NCBI RefSeq assembly: GCF_009914755.1
Contig: NC_060934.1
DNA from: the human T2T-CHM13v2.0 reference genome, Homo sapiens
Direction: 5' to 3' (one strand)
DNA: 64,000 nt
A program made the translations under genes and the position numbers. The notes under the pieces are model-generated. The model was not told the DNA's origin. It did no database searches and was given only the letters and a program-made list of their open reading frames with translations. Below, piece after piece: positions 1 to 14,215 of this stretch (position 1 is its first letter; each line of letters begins with the position of its first letter).

Positions 1-558
1 ATGCCCAGGATTACTGGCAACCATCAGAAGCTAGGAGGGGCCAGGCCTGGTGGTTCATGCGGCTAAGCCCAGTGCTTTGGGAGGCCAAGGCAGGAGGATC
101 ACTGGAAGCCAGGAGTTTGAGACCAGCCTAAGCAACATAGCAAGATATAATCTCTATAAAAAATAATTAAAAACTGAGCCTGGCATGGTGCCAGGCACCT
201 GTAGTCCCAGCTACTCAGGAAGCTGAGGTGGGAGGGTTGTCTGAGTCCAGGAGTTCAAGGCTGCAGTGAGTTATGACTGCACCACTTCACTCCAGCTTGG
301 ATGACATAGTGAGACCCTGTCTCTACCAAAAAAAAACAAAACAAAACAACAACAACAACAAAACCAAAACCCCATAAAAACAAATAACTTGAAGGGAGGC
401 AGGGGGTAGTTTATTCCTCAGAGCCTCCAGGAGGAACCAACCCTGCTGACACGTTGGTTTCAGACTTCTGGTTTTGGACTTTGAGAGAATAAATTTCTGT
501 TGTTTTAAGCCACTTAGTTTGTGGTCCTTTGTTGCATCAGCCCCAAGAAATGAATCTA
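1..558 (+). mobile_element. MLT1-type MaLR LTR 3' part, interrupted by an Alu at about 39-364
   Basis: ggcaaccatcagaagctagga ... gaaccaaccctgctgacac ... gagaataaatttctgttgttttaagccac is typical of the MLT1 3' half. Confidence 0.8.
39..364 (+). mobile_element. Alu (AluJ-like)
   Basis: Dimeric Alu, gagttcaaggctgcagtgag right arm, A/CAA tail. Confidence 0.9.
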
Positions 559-680
559 TTGATCACAACAATATAGCTTACTCCCAGCTTTCATCTGACT
601 AGAGAAAAACAGGATTTACAGTTTATGCTTTCAGACAAATTGCATCTAAAAGTAGGAAATTCAAGAGTTGGCTAACGATC

Positions 681-1180
681 TGTGGTAGCAACCCTCCAAG
701 ATGGCCACCAGGGATTCTTCCCTCCTGGTATTCACACCCTTGTGTGGGTGCCTCGCCTACTGAATGAATATGACTGATATGTGCAAATGATAGGGCATTG
801 TGGAAATAACAGAAAGTGGCTTCCTAGGCTAGGTCAGAAAATATGTAAGAGCCTTGGCATCTCCTGGCTTACTTGCCTGAGGGAAGCTAGTCGCCATGTT
901 AGGAGATCGCTCAAGCAGCACTGTGGAGAGGGCCACGTGGTAAGGCCTGCTGTGCATGTCTCTGAGCCATGTTGTGAACAGAGCCTCCAGCCCCTCAAGC
1001 CTTCAGATGACTACAGCCCCAACTGACATCTCAGCTGTAACCTCAGGAAAGACACTGAACCAGAATCACCCAGCTAAACCATAGCCAGATTCCTGACTCA
1101 GAGTGACAGGATGAATTTCTACGGTTTTAAGCTGCTAGGTTTTGGGGAAATTTGTTATGCACCAATAGATAACTAATACA
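681..1180 (+). mobile_element. MLT1 (E/F-like) solo LTR
   Basis: Starts tgtggtag...aagatggcc...cctcctggtattcacaccc and ends ...aatagataactaataca (TG...CA termini). Confidence 0.8.
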
Positions 1181-1184
1181 GGGT

Positions 1185-2420
1185 TCAGAACAGAACTCTT
1201 GGTTTCCTCTCCTGAAACAGTGTTCCCCCAAGTCTTCCTCACCATTTGGCTTAGGCAAAAAACCTTGGAGTCCATCTTGATTCTTCTCTTTTTCTCATCC
1301 TCTAACAATAAATTCAACCAGTACTGTTAGTTTTTCCTCCAAAATCAATCCAGACTCATACCTTGTTCCACTTGCTCCACTGTTTTGCCCTAGATTAATC
1401 CACCACCATTTCCCTCTGGACTATTGCAGTAGCTTCCAAACCCAGTGCTTTCAATATTGCCCTTTCAAAGCTGTTTTATTAGATGCTGAGTAAACATAAA
1501 TCATTTATAACACATGATGATAAAGAAGCCAAGATGAATATCCACATGCCTACCGCTGACTTTAATGAACCATTACAAGTACCTTTGAAACATTCTCTTC
1601 GTTTCTTGCTAAATGTCTTCTACCCTAAGAGGCTACTACTCTCCTGAATTTGTACTTTCATTTCCTTGTTTTCCTTTAAAGTTTTACCAACCTACTGCTT
1701 AGTTTGCCTGTTTTTTTTTTAGCTTTTTATAAATGGAATCATAATTGACTTTAAAATTCAGTATTGTGTGCCTGAGATTCATCCATGCCAATGTGTCTAA
1801 TTCATTCCTTTTTATTACTGTGTAGTATTGCTTTGTTAGAGTATGTATTAATTTATTTATTTACTTGTGTTCTTTAAAAAATGTAATTATTATCACATCA
1901 CTCCTTAGGTTAATTTTGTAGTGGTCCATTGCACTTAGGCTAAAATCAGGCTCCCATCCATGGTATGTAATTCCTGTAATTTCTGTCTCATCAGTGGTGA
2001 TACTGACACACTGGTCTCCATTTGTTCCTCAAACATGTCTAAAGTGTTCTGGCCTCAGGGCCTTTGCACAGCTCGTTGTATTCTGTCTGGGGCTCTGCCT
2101 ACAGGTCTTTGCGTGACTCAGGTCTCAGTTCCATGGCACCTCCTCCTAGGCCTCTCCTGTGCCCATCCTACCTGCAGAAGCAGCCGCACTCCCTACTATT
2201 TATCCCACTGCCCTGATCTCCCTACACCATTCTACTTTCTTCCCGGCACTGATGCATCTGTTTGCCTGCTCAGTTTCTGATTCCCTCCACTGAGATAACA
2301 GCCCTGTGAAGGCAGGTGCTATGTCTGTTGTGTTCACAGCTATTTCTCCTATAACTAGACCCTGAAGCAGCCCTTGGCACACAGTAGGTCCTCCCTACAT
2401 ATTTGTTGAGTGAATGAATA
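1185..2420 (+). mobile_element. L2 LINE 3' remnant, interrupted by an old L1M-like piece at about 1490-1860 (- strand)
   Basis: Ends with the L2 3' signature ggcacacagtaggt...atttgttgagtgaatgaat. Confidence 0.65.
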
Positions 2421-2479
2421 TGTAAAGGTTTGATTTTTTAAAAAGTCAAATAAATTGGGCACTGTACTTCTCCTTAGGT

Positions 2480-2692
2480 CAGTGGTTCAAAATGGGATGA
2501 TGTTGTCCCCTGAGGACATTGGCAATATCTGGAGAGAATTTTGGTTGTCACACCTGGGGTGAGGGTGCTACCAGCACCTACTAGGTAGAGGTCAGGGGTG
2601 CTGCTAAGTATCCTATAATGCCCAGGGTGGCTCCCAGCAACACAGCGCGATCTGGTCTAAAACGTTAATAGTGCAGAGATTGAGAAACTCTG
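2480..2692 (+). mobile_element. MER20 (hAT-Charlie non-autonomous DNA transposon)
   Basis: cagtggttc...gagaaactctg termini, internal ggcaatatctggaga...ggttgtcac, 8-bp TSD ccttaggt/ccttagga. Confidence 0.88.
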
Positions 2693-2697
2693 CCTTA

Positions 2698-2925
2698 GGA
2701 GAAAGGAAGGAAAGGAAGGAAAGAAAGAAAATAAAGTAAGAAAGGAAGGAAGGAAGATGAAAGAAAGAAAAGGAAGAAAAGAGAGAGAAAGAAAAGAGAC
2801 ACAGAAAAAGCAATGAAAAAATAAAGAAAGGAAAGAAGGAAGGGAAGAAAGGGAGGGAAGGAAAGGGAAGGGAAATGAGGGGAAGGGAAATGAAGGGAAG
2901 GGAAGGGAAAGGAAGAAAGGAAGAT
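2698..2925. repeat. GA-rich polypurine low-complexity tract
   Basis: About 225 nt almost entirely A/G (ggaa, gggaa units). Confidence 0.9.
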
Positions 2926-3292
2926 GGCTTCACAATGACCTTTAAAACAAAACTTTAATTTCCCTCGTTTTTATTTTAAAAACAAAAATAAGATTGACGA
3001 GACTGTAGAAGCATATTAAATCATAGAAAACATAAAAATCTAGGGATAAAAAAATTCTATATTTATAACTAGACTCAAAGGGATTTGACCCTTTGATTTT
3101 TCATGGCACAATAAACCAAATGAGTTTGTTTAGTAGTTAAAATGTGAGCAAGAATGTGTAGACGTGGTAAGAGTTAATTTAGGATTAAAAAAAAAATTCC
3201 TCCCCAAACAATAAGGTTGTAACACAGCAGTATCATTTAAATAGCGCTTTCCAAAATGAAACTCTCATTTTCTTAGCATAAAAGAGATTTTA

Positions 3293-3649
<357 letters not shown>

Positions 3650-4065
3650 CTATTGTGGGATGCAGAGCCAACCACAGGAGTGGTGCATAATCTGTAAATC
3701 ATACTCACGTACCTGGAACTTGGCTGAGGTGCTGTCCTGGTTGGAGCCCATGCTGCAGGACCACTTGACAAGAGGAACCTTCTAGAACAATCTCCCCTTT
3801 CCCTTCTAAATTGATTTCTATTTTAACTTCTCTGGACATATATATCTTGGATTATGTTCTCATACTCATCATGCTGCCACTGACTAATAGTTACTGTGCC
3901 CAACACTGGGTATATAACAGTGGACTAAGTACATTTTCTGATCTATTCTCAAGGTCTTAGGGACTCAGGATGTTTAAACTGTCTTTACCTGCTGGGAAAA
4001 ATGACCAGTTCATCTTGTTCAACTCCTCCACATACATTTTATTTGAAGTAATTTTTTAAATTTGA

Positions 4066-4385
<320 letters not shown>

Positions 4386-4479
4386 AAATTAGAAATCTCT
4401 ATGAAAAGACTTCCCACTGAGCTTTTGTGAAGCAGCTCCCAGTGAGCAGTGTGTATGTGCTTCTGTGGTTGTTTATTAC

Positions 4480-4593
4480 CTGGAGGAAGGTGTGGGCCCA
4501 TAATCGTGACCTGACTTTCAGGACTGCGCTTTCTCCTCCTTCGAGTCGTCCCACTGCACAGGAGATTTGTAAACACTCGATATTTGTACAATT
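4480..4593 (-). CDS. ITGA8: Integrin alpha-8 coding exon (probably exon 27), 114 nt
   Basis: NCTNIECLQISCAVGRLEGGESAVLKVRSRLWAHTFLQ. gtttgcag|AAT ... CAG|gtaata, phase 0-0. Confidence 0.96.
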
Positions 4594-5204
4594 CTGCAAA
4601 CAGCAGTGGGAACACGTCAGAGTCTTTAAATCATGGTAGAGACTGAACACTGAAGTTAGCTTATTTACATTTCATTTCCTCAAAAGTCATCACCTTATGA
4701 TAAATTATTAATGTAAATAAAGAACAATATATTGCAACAACCAAGAAAACACAGTTTAATGGCGAGGATGAATGGAACACAAAATGCAACATAAAATTTA
4801 AGCTCTTTTCGAACGACTTTAAGAGAATCTTTCTGCAGCAGCAATTTAATTGTTCTGTTTCATTTTCTCAGAACTGGGGAAGGCATTGCTTATAGATATT
4901 CACAATACCCAGTGCTGGGTTCAGCAAGTCTGGAAGGGGTTGCAGAGGAAGACTCTTGAGCCTATATTATCTCAAAGATCTACAGTTACTGACCGATTGA
5001 CATACATTTGTTCCATAACGTTCTTCTGTCTAAATTATTTCCTGGTTATAAAGGAGGCTTTTCTGTGACTTTCATTCATTAGGCTATTTTTTAATAGGTT
5101 TCTAGAATTGCCCAGCGTATAATGAATAACCTTTAATATATGAAATGTGTGTTCCTCAAAAGGATTCATTATAATGACATTCTATCTATCAAATCAGATT
5201 TTCT

Positions 5205-5519
<315 letters not shown>

Positions 5520-5973
5520 TCAAATCAGATTTTCTAATCAGATTCCAGCATGGAAATAAATGAACACATCATAATCCATTTTTTGTGTGCCATGCACAGA
5601 ATGATACTTCTCTAATTGTACTCCATCATGGGTTTAAATTTATCTTGTGGCCCATGCGTATTCATTTTTCATATCTCAAGCCCTCAACATTGGCCTGTGA
5701 GTACTCAATAAAAATCAATGTATTGGATATTATGTGAAGTAGTTGACTGAGACATTTCACTTTAATGAAATTGATATAACACAGAATAATCCAAGGAACA
5801 TATTACGACAAGAACCTTTTTCGAGAACATTTTTCAAGATCCTCAGAATTCTCTGCAAAGGGGTTAGTAATATATTGTCTGATAAATTGCGGTGAAGTTC
5901 ATTTCCTACAGGATGCTTCCAAAGGCACGTGGGTGGACTGTCCTTGGGCTACTAGAGTTGGGTGCTGAGGTGC

Positions 5974-6336
5974 TGATGTTGTTTGGCTATGTCCCCACCC
6001 AAATCTCATCTTGAATTGTAGCTTCCATGACTCCCACATGTTGTGGGTGGGACCTGGTGAGGGATAACTGGATCATGGGGACGGTTTCCCACATACTGTT
6101 CTCATGGCAGTGAATAAGTCTCACGAGATCTGATGGCTTTATAAGGGGTTTCCTCTTTCGCTTGGCTCTCATTCTCTGCTTGCCTGCCACCATGTAAGAT
6201 GTGCCTTCTGCCTTTCACCATGATTGTGAGGACTCCCTAGCCATGTGGAATCGTGAGCCCATTAAGCCTCTTTTTCTTTATAAATAACCCAGTCTCGGGT
6301 ATGTCTTTATCAGCAGCGTGAAAATGGACCAATACA
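5974..6336 (+). mobile_element. THE1-family solo LTR (MaLR)
   Basis: tgatgttgtttggctatgtccccacccaaatctcatcttgaattgtag ... aaatggaccaataca, 5-bp TSD ggtgc/ggtac. Confidence 0.9.
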
Positions 6337-6689
6337 GGTACCCACAGCAGGAACAGGAATTCTCAAAACTCTGTGGTTTGTGGCCCTTTCAAGGACTCTC
6401 ATGTTGACCTGTGCTTCACGGCTGACATGCTGTGTACCACTAACCCTGCCCTTCAGAGGGAAGAGGGGTGTCAAGGTCAGGAGTTGTAGACTCCTTGCAG
6501 ATGGGGAACCCAGATAGCCAGCTCTGCTAGAGGATTCTGGAGAAGACAATGTTTGGAATGAGCCATGAAGGTATGAATGGGAGGTCACCTAGCAGAATGG
6601 GAGACCTGGCCCACGATTCTGTTGTACTAGACCAGGGCATGCTTGAGAAAGGGAAGAGCAGGGTATATGAGGGTGAAATGGACAGATGG

Positions 6690-7520
6690 AAGTAGGATAG
6701 CAATGAGAGAAAGTCTATATGAAGAGTCTTCCTATGCATGCTAAGGAGTTTAGATTTTATTCAGAAGGCACTGGAGAACCTGTGATGCTTTTATATCCAG
6801 GGGATATTGATCAGGTTTGTATTTTAGAGGGATGGGTAATATGAGAGGAAAGAGAAGAGAGAGGGAAGATTGGGGGGCAGGAGGGTGATAGGGGCCCGTT
6901 GCAAGAGCCCCTGGTGAGTGATGCTGAGGCCCTGAACTGAGGCAGTGGAAATGGAGAGAGGAAGATAAATTTTGGAGAAGTTTAGAAAATAGAATAGAGA
7001 CATGATGACTACACAGAGGTTACATGGAGAATGCTCTTTGGAGAAGAATGGGGTGGATGGGTGCTGGTAACACTGAGACTGGGGATTCTAGAGAGGAGGT
7101 ACATTTGAGAAGTCATGGAGACAAGGGTTTTGGGTATGCGAGGACGGGCGTGGCTCTCAGACACCCAGATCATGCCTTTAAGGCTTGAATTCAGTAAGGG
7201 AGGGCTGAGATGACAGGAGGCACTTAGGAATTACTGGAAATATGATCATGCAAAAAATTAAATGGATGAGAGAGAAGAGGAGGGGGCTGGGATGGAATCC
7301 TGGGGAACAGGGGCATTGAAAGGATGGGCAGAGAGAAATCTTAGATGAGAATTTCTAAGAAGAGACCATCCAAATGGCAGAAAGAGAACCAGGAGGGGAT
7401 GTTTTCGGGGGAATTTCAGAAATGTGATAGTTTCAAGAAGTGGCCAATAGTATCAAATGCTGGAGAGGCATCAAGAAAGGCAAGGTGGCTGGAAGCTGGG
7501 CAATGAAACAGAAGACAGGA
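6690..7520 (-). mobile_element. L2 LINE remnant
   Basis: Purine-rich degenerate L2 motifs (ctaaggagtttagattttatt, tcaaatgctggagaggcatcaag). Confidence 0.6.
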
Positions 7521-8122
7521 AAGTTTGGAGAGGAGGAGATGGAGGTGATAGCTACAGAAATAGCAGGGGCCCACTATGAGAAAGGGAAGGGTATTCTTAG
7601 GCGGAGGAGAAATTATTTTTCAGTGTTTTAGATACAAATTTTTCCTGTGCAAATTGGAAATTTTGATCCCAACACAGGATGTTGGCATTTTGCACTTTCA
7701 AATTCCTCATCAGAAATGGGATTCAGTAAGTTGTTTTTAACTAAACAAAAAACGTAGGAGGTCTTATTTCGCTTTTGATTTTAGAATAAACTTCGCATAA
7801 TCACTTTCTATCCAGAGTTGTTTTGACTCCAGGACATAGGGGGTCATAAGATTTGCAATTTTTGAACCAGTAAGAGAGAAAGAGAGTAATATATGTGTTA
7901 ACAAAACCAGATATGGAAATCAAGAACTGCCTTGGCCTTCATCTGAGAGTTTTTATGATATTCGGAAGTTTAAAATTATCTTACATCAACATTTAAAGAG
8001 AAACAATAGAAGGAAAAAAATGGACCCTGCAACGCAAATACATACAATTTTCAAAAAAAATTTCGTTATTGATCTCGACTGTCTCAGTGTACTAATGAGA
8101 CATACCCTGAAGTGGAAATTAA

Positions 8123-8447
<325 letters not shown>

Positions 8448-8549
8448 AACTTTGATTTTTCAAATCATTAATACTGCATATGTTTGGACATTGGTTTTTC
8501 AGAGGGATTTTTCCCATTGGTACTGCATATTAGAATTCTGTAGATGTCT

Positions 8550-8833
8550 CTTTTTTATTATACTTTAAATTCTGGGATACATGTACAGAATGTGCAGGTT
8601 TGTTACATAGGTATACATGTGCCATGGTGGTTTGCTGCACCTATCAACCCGTCATCTACATTAGATATTCCTCCTAATGTTATCCCTCCCCTATCCCCTC
8701 ACCCCCGGGCAGGCCCCGGTGTGTGATGTTCCCCTCCCTGTGTCCATGTGTTCTCACTGTTCAACTCCCACTTATGAGTGGGAACATGCAGTGTTTGGTT
8801 TTCTGTTCTCCGTGTTAGTTTGCTGAGAATGAT
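8550..8833 (-). mobile_element. L1PA 3' UTR fragment
   Basis: ttattatactttaaattctgggatacatgtacagaatgtgcaggtttgttac ... gttagtttgctgagaatgat. Confidence 0.88.
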
Positions 8834-8983
8834 ATCAATTGTTTTCTGTTCTATTGTACACCATGGAAGCTTTTTAAAAATGATAACATGCAGAGCTTTA
8901 TTAATTTATCCTAAAAGGAATAGTATATGGATTCCCTACTGTTATGTTTCTTAAACATTACAGTGTCATAAAAATTTACTTGA

Positions 8984-9278
8984 GGCTGGGTGCGGTGGCT
9001 CACACCTATAACCCCAGCACTTTGGGAGGACGAGGTGGGACGTTCACTTGAGGTCAGGAGTTTGAGACCAGCGTGGCCAATGTGGTGAAACCCCATCTCT
9101 TCCAAAAACACAAAAATTAGCCGGGCATGGTGGTGGGCACCTGTAGTTCCAGCTACTCAGGAGACTGAGGTGGGAGGATCACTTGAATCCGGGAGGCCGA
9201 GGTTACAGTAAGCTGAGATTGCACCACCGCACTCCAGCCTGGGCGACAGAACGAGACTCTATCTCAAGAAAAAAAAAA
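8984..9278 (+). mobile_element. Alu (AluS)
   Basis: Full length, TSD aaaaatttacttga. Confidence 0.92.
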
Positions 9279-9494
9279 TTTACTTGAATTACAATCTTCC
9301 AGTTGCCATAGTTTTTTTTTTTTTTTTTGTCTTCAAAAAGTAACTTCAGCTACTTCTATCATAACAAATACTTCATTTGACTTAAGTTTAACTGATTGAG
9401 ATTTGCTCATTATATTTTTCTGTCCATTTCCATAGTTCAAACATTTTCTACTGTCAAGATGAAATAAATGAATGTCAAGGAGTGTTTAAGGCAC

Positions 9495-9622
9495 ACCTTT
9501 TAAAGCCATTTTAACCATTTTAAAGTGTGCAGTTTGGTGGCATTAAGTACGTTCACAATGTTGTACCACCATCACCTCCATCCAACTCCAAAGCTTTTTC
9601 ATCATCCCAAAGTAAAACTCTT
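9495..9622 (-). mobile_element. L1MB-type 3' end fragment
   Basis: accattttaaagtgtgcagtttggtggcattaagtacgttcacaatgttgtac. Confidence 0.75.
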
Positions 9623-9713
9623 GAAAACTTCTGCATCGATGAGACACAGAACTAGGATTTGTTTACATGTCTTTTATCCTAATATCCTCTTTGAGGGCTC
9701 TTGGCTATGACTA

Positions 9714-10017
<304 letters not shown>

Positions 10018-10726
10018 TTATCCATATGATGGGTAACACATTTGGGATTTTCAGGAATATGATTAATTTAATATGGCGTTATCCTACTTTATTGGACTGA
10101 AATAAATTATTATCAGAGTTTTAAAATATTTTGTCATGCTTTTGTTTTTTAAAAATAGTTAATTCCAGGTAAATACAGGAGTGCAGGAATGGAAAGGAAG
10201 TTAATTTAGGACTTCCGCAGCTCCCTGCTTGCCACCCATTTGTTTTCCTTAAAAACTCATGAGCCTTCTCTGTATCATCTGATAACTCCGACCGGGACCC
10301 CCTGATGAATTGCCCTGAGTTCAGAACTGCAGGAGAGGCAGAGCCTATGGGGGGAGGGGCTGTTCATCTGGCTCCTTGTACCCTAAGTCTATGGATTACA
10401 AAAAATAATGCACTATTCTTTTGGGCTAGTGCCTCTCTGGCATGAAGCCATGGTCTCATGGCTGCCTCAGGGCTGCCCAGATCCACCCCTTGCATCATCC
10501 TTCCTGAGTCTTGTCTCCTGTATTGGAACTCTGTGTCTGTCCTCCCCACCATGTGTGCACCCACACACTTGCACATATGCACATGCACCCAGGTCCCACA
10601 GATGCCACTAAATTGGCTGAGAGAGTAGAAGACTATTTATACCCAGTGCATTTTCCACTTTAGTTGAAGGGTCAACTGATTGTTAACATTCCCTCCTACT
10701 GTCATTACATTTTATCTTTGCAAATC

Positions 10727-10733
<7 letters not shown>

Positions 10734-10761
<28 letters not shown>

Positions 10762-10926
10762 TTTTTTTTAATGAAGAAAAGAGGTTTAATTGACTCACAG
10801 TTCCACAGGCTGTACAGGAAGCATGACTGGGAGGCCTCAGGAAACTTACAAGCATGGGGAAAGGGTGAAGGAAAAGCAAAAACCTTTTTTGCAAGGCAGA
10901 GAGGGAGAGAGAAAGCAAAGGGGGAA
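10734..10926 (-). pseudogene. Processed (L1-mobilised) retrocopy of an MST/THE1 LTR-terminated RNA
   Basis: 157-nt MaLR LTR piece ending 15 nt after ATTAAA, then an A9(GAAA)n tail, flanked by a perfect 16-bp TSD ttgcaaatcctttctt. Confidence 0.8.
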
Positions 10927-11601
10927 TTGCAAATCCTTTCTTAAACTTTAATTTTTCAGTTATGTAAATCAAGCGTATGGATTTCCGTTCTACAGATGAG
11001 AAAATCAGGGATTCAATTTCTTGAGCACTGATTTCCTTTCTTCAGTGATAGCTACCGTGAATTATTTCAGTTTCATAAATGGCTGGAGCAGTTCTAGTCC
11101 CCAAAGCATCCTTGAACATTGTCATAAAAAATGGCTGATTTCATTTATTCATGTCATAACATTTTATCTTGAATTCAGCAGATCTGGTGGCTAATGAATT
11201 TGGTCACTACCAACACTATCTTTTAAACGGCTTGCAATATATCATTGGCTTATAATTGGATTTAGGATTAAGAGCATGTAGGTTAAGAACACATAGAAGG
11301 GCACACCATGGAGCATTTTAGACAATGATTCCAAAAGCTATTAATACTGTCTGTGATGAGTTCACTCACTGTGTCATTCACATGTTTGTTCAACAGATGA
11401 GCTGGTATTATGCTACATGTTGAGAAAACAACACTGAGAAAAAAAACATGCCACCTACCCTAATGGGCTGTCAGGACTGCGGACAGGGAAGGAGGGAGGA
11501 TGCCCCCTTGGGTCAGTGCACCGTGGCACCTCAACAAGTCTAGGAGCCATTCACAGTTTCCGGGATGAACCCAGTCTGGAGAGGGTCAGCAGCATAGGTA
11601 G

Positions 11602-12340
<739 letters not shown>

Positions 12341-12559
12341 AGGTCTCTCTCTTTGGCTTGCTGCTTTGGATGGATAACCCTGGACTTGTCACTGTGGCCT
12401 TTGATTCAGTGTCACCACAAATCACTGCATCTTGGACTGAGCTTCTGAACTGCAGCTATGGGGCAGGAAGTACGTGCTTGGTCTGTGCCCCCCATACCAG
12501 ACCCAGTGTTCCCAGCCTGTCCCTGCCCCAAGCACGGAATGTTTGTTTTCTTGCTTTAT

Positions 12560-12858
12560 CCTTATTTTATATATCTATTGTAATTTTTATGGTTATGTAA
12601 TAGGTGTATATATTTATAGGGTCTATGAGATATTTTGATATGGGCATACAATGTGTAATGATCACATCAGGGTAAATGAGGTACCAGCACCTCAAGCATT
12701 CATTTCTTTGCATTACAAAATGTTCCAATTATGCTCTTTTAGTTATTTTTAAATGTACAATAAATTGTTGACTATAGCCACTCTGTTGTGCTATCAAACA
12801 ATAGATCTTATTCATTCTATCTAACTATATTTTGTACCTGTTCACCATCCCCACTTCT
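12560..12858 (-). mobile_element. L1MA-type 3' end fragment
   Basis: taggtgtatatatttatagggtctatgagatattttgata ... agatcttattcattctatctaactata, possible TSD ttgttt(t/g)cttgcttt. Confidence 0.8.
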
Positions 12859-13059
12859 CTTGTTTGCTTGCTTTTGAGAAGGGTATTAGCTTCTGAGGTG
12901 ATCTCTGATTACTTCTGCATAGCTGGAGAATGTGCATGCAGCTTCCTACTTTTTATGGACATGGTCTACAGAGCACAGATAAACCCTGACATTCACTTTG
13001 AGCCCTTGCCACATGGTCAGGGAAGAGGATGAATATTCACATGAAAACATAAAGCACTA

Positions 13060-13451
<392 letters not shown>

Positions 13452-13534
13452 CTAAGCTCAGGCTTGAGCTGCCACAGACCCCAATGCTAAGACTCAGCAG
13501 GGGTTTTGGCCCAGGAAACCTGAACACAGCATTC

Positions 13535-13666
<132 letters not shown>

Positions 13667-14086
13667 TGAACACACCATTCTTGCCTCTTCCAGATAAGCA
13701 GAAGCTCTGAGATTCTGGGACAGGTGCAGAACTCCAAGGGTCCATGCTCACTTCAAACTACCACAGCCCAGCATCTATGCACGGACTAACAACTGAAAGT
13801 GTATGTTCCTGAAATGGATTGAAGGTCACAGTTGATGTTTTCACCATTATTCTCCAAAGTGGCCTCCATGGCAGCTTTAGAAAAGTGAAAAGGTTATATT
13901 GCAAGTGCTCCTTAATTCTTACAGAAAAGTTGCTTTTCATTCTCGAGATAAACACTGCCAAACGTTAGGAATATCTGAGCACTGAAGGAGACCAAGAACA
14001 ATCCTTGAAGTTAAAACTATCTGTATTTGAGGGTTCTATCCAAGCCACTCATTTCCCTCAGTTCTATGCACACTGGGATAACTCAC

Positions 14087-14215
14087 CAGTATTTTTGCAG
14101 GGCTCTGTCTGTGGAATTCGACCACATGTACATCCCTCTTCCTGACAAGATGAGGAATAGTAGAGTTTCGCAAAAAGGCGCTGAGCTCAGGGGTGTCCTC
14201 TGGGGAGGCAGCAGG
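14087..14215 (-). CDS. ITGA8: Integrin alpha-8 coding exon (probably exon 26), 129 nt, contains the heavy/light chain cleavage site
   Basis: PAASPEDTPELSAFLRNSTIPHLVRKRDVHVVEFHRQSPAKIL. ttctttttgcag|CCT ... CTG|gtgagt, phase 0-0. RKR|D proprotein convertase site. Confidence 0.96.

Noticed and set aside
2613-2933. Hydrophobic F/S/L/P-rich membrane-protein-like ORF
   Set aside because: Reverse translation of the GA-rich low-complexity tract.
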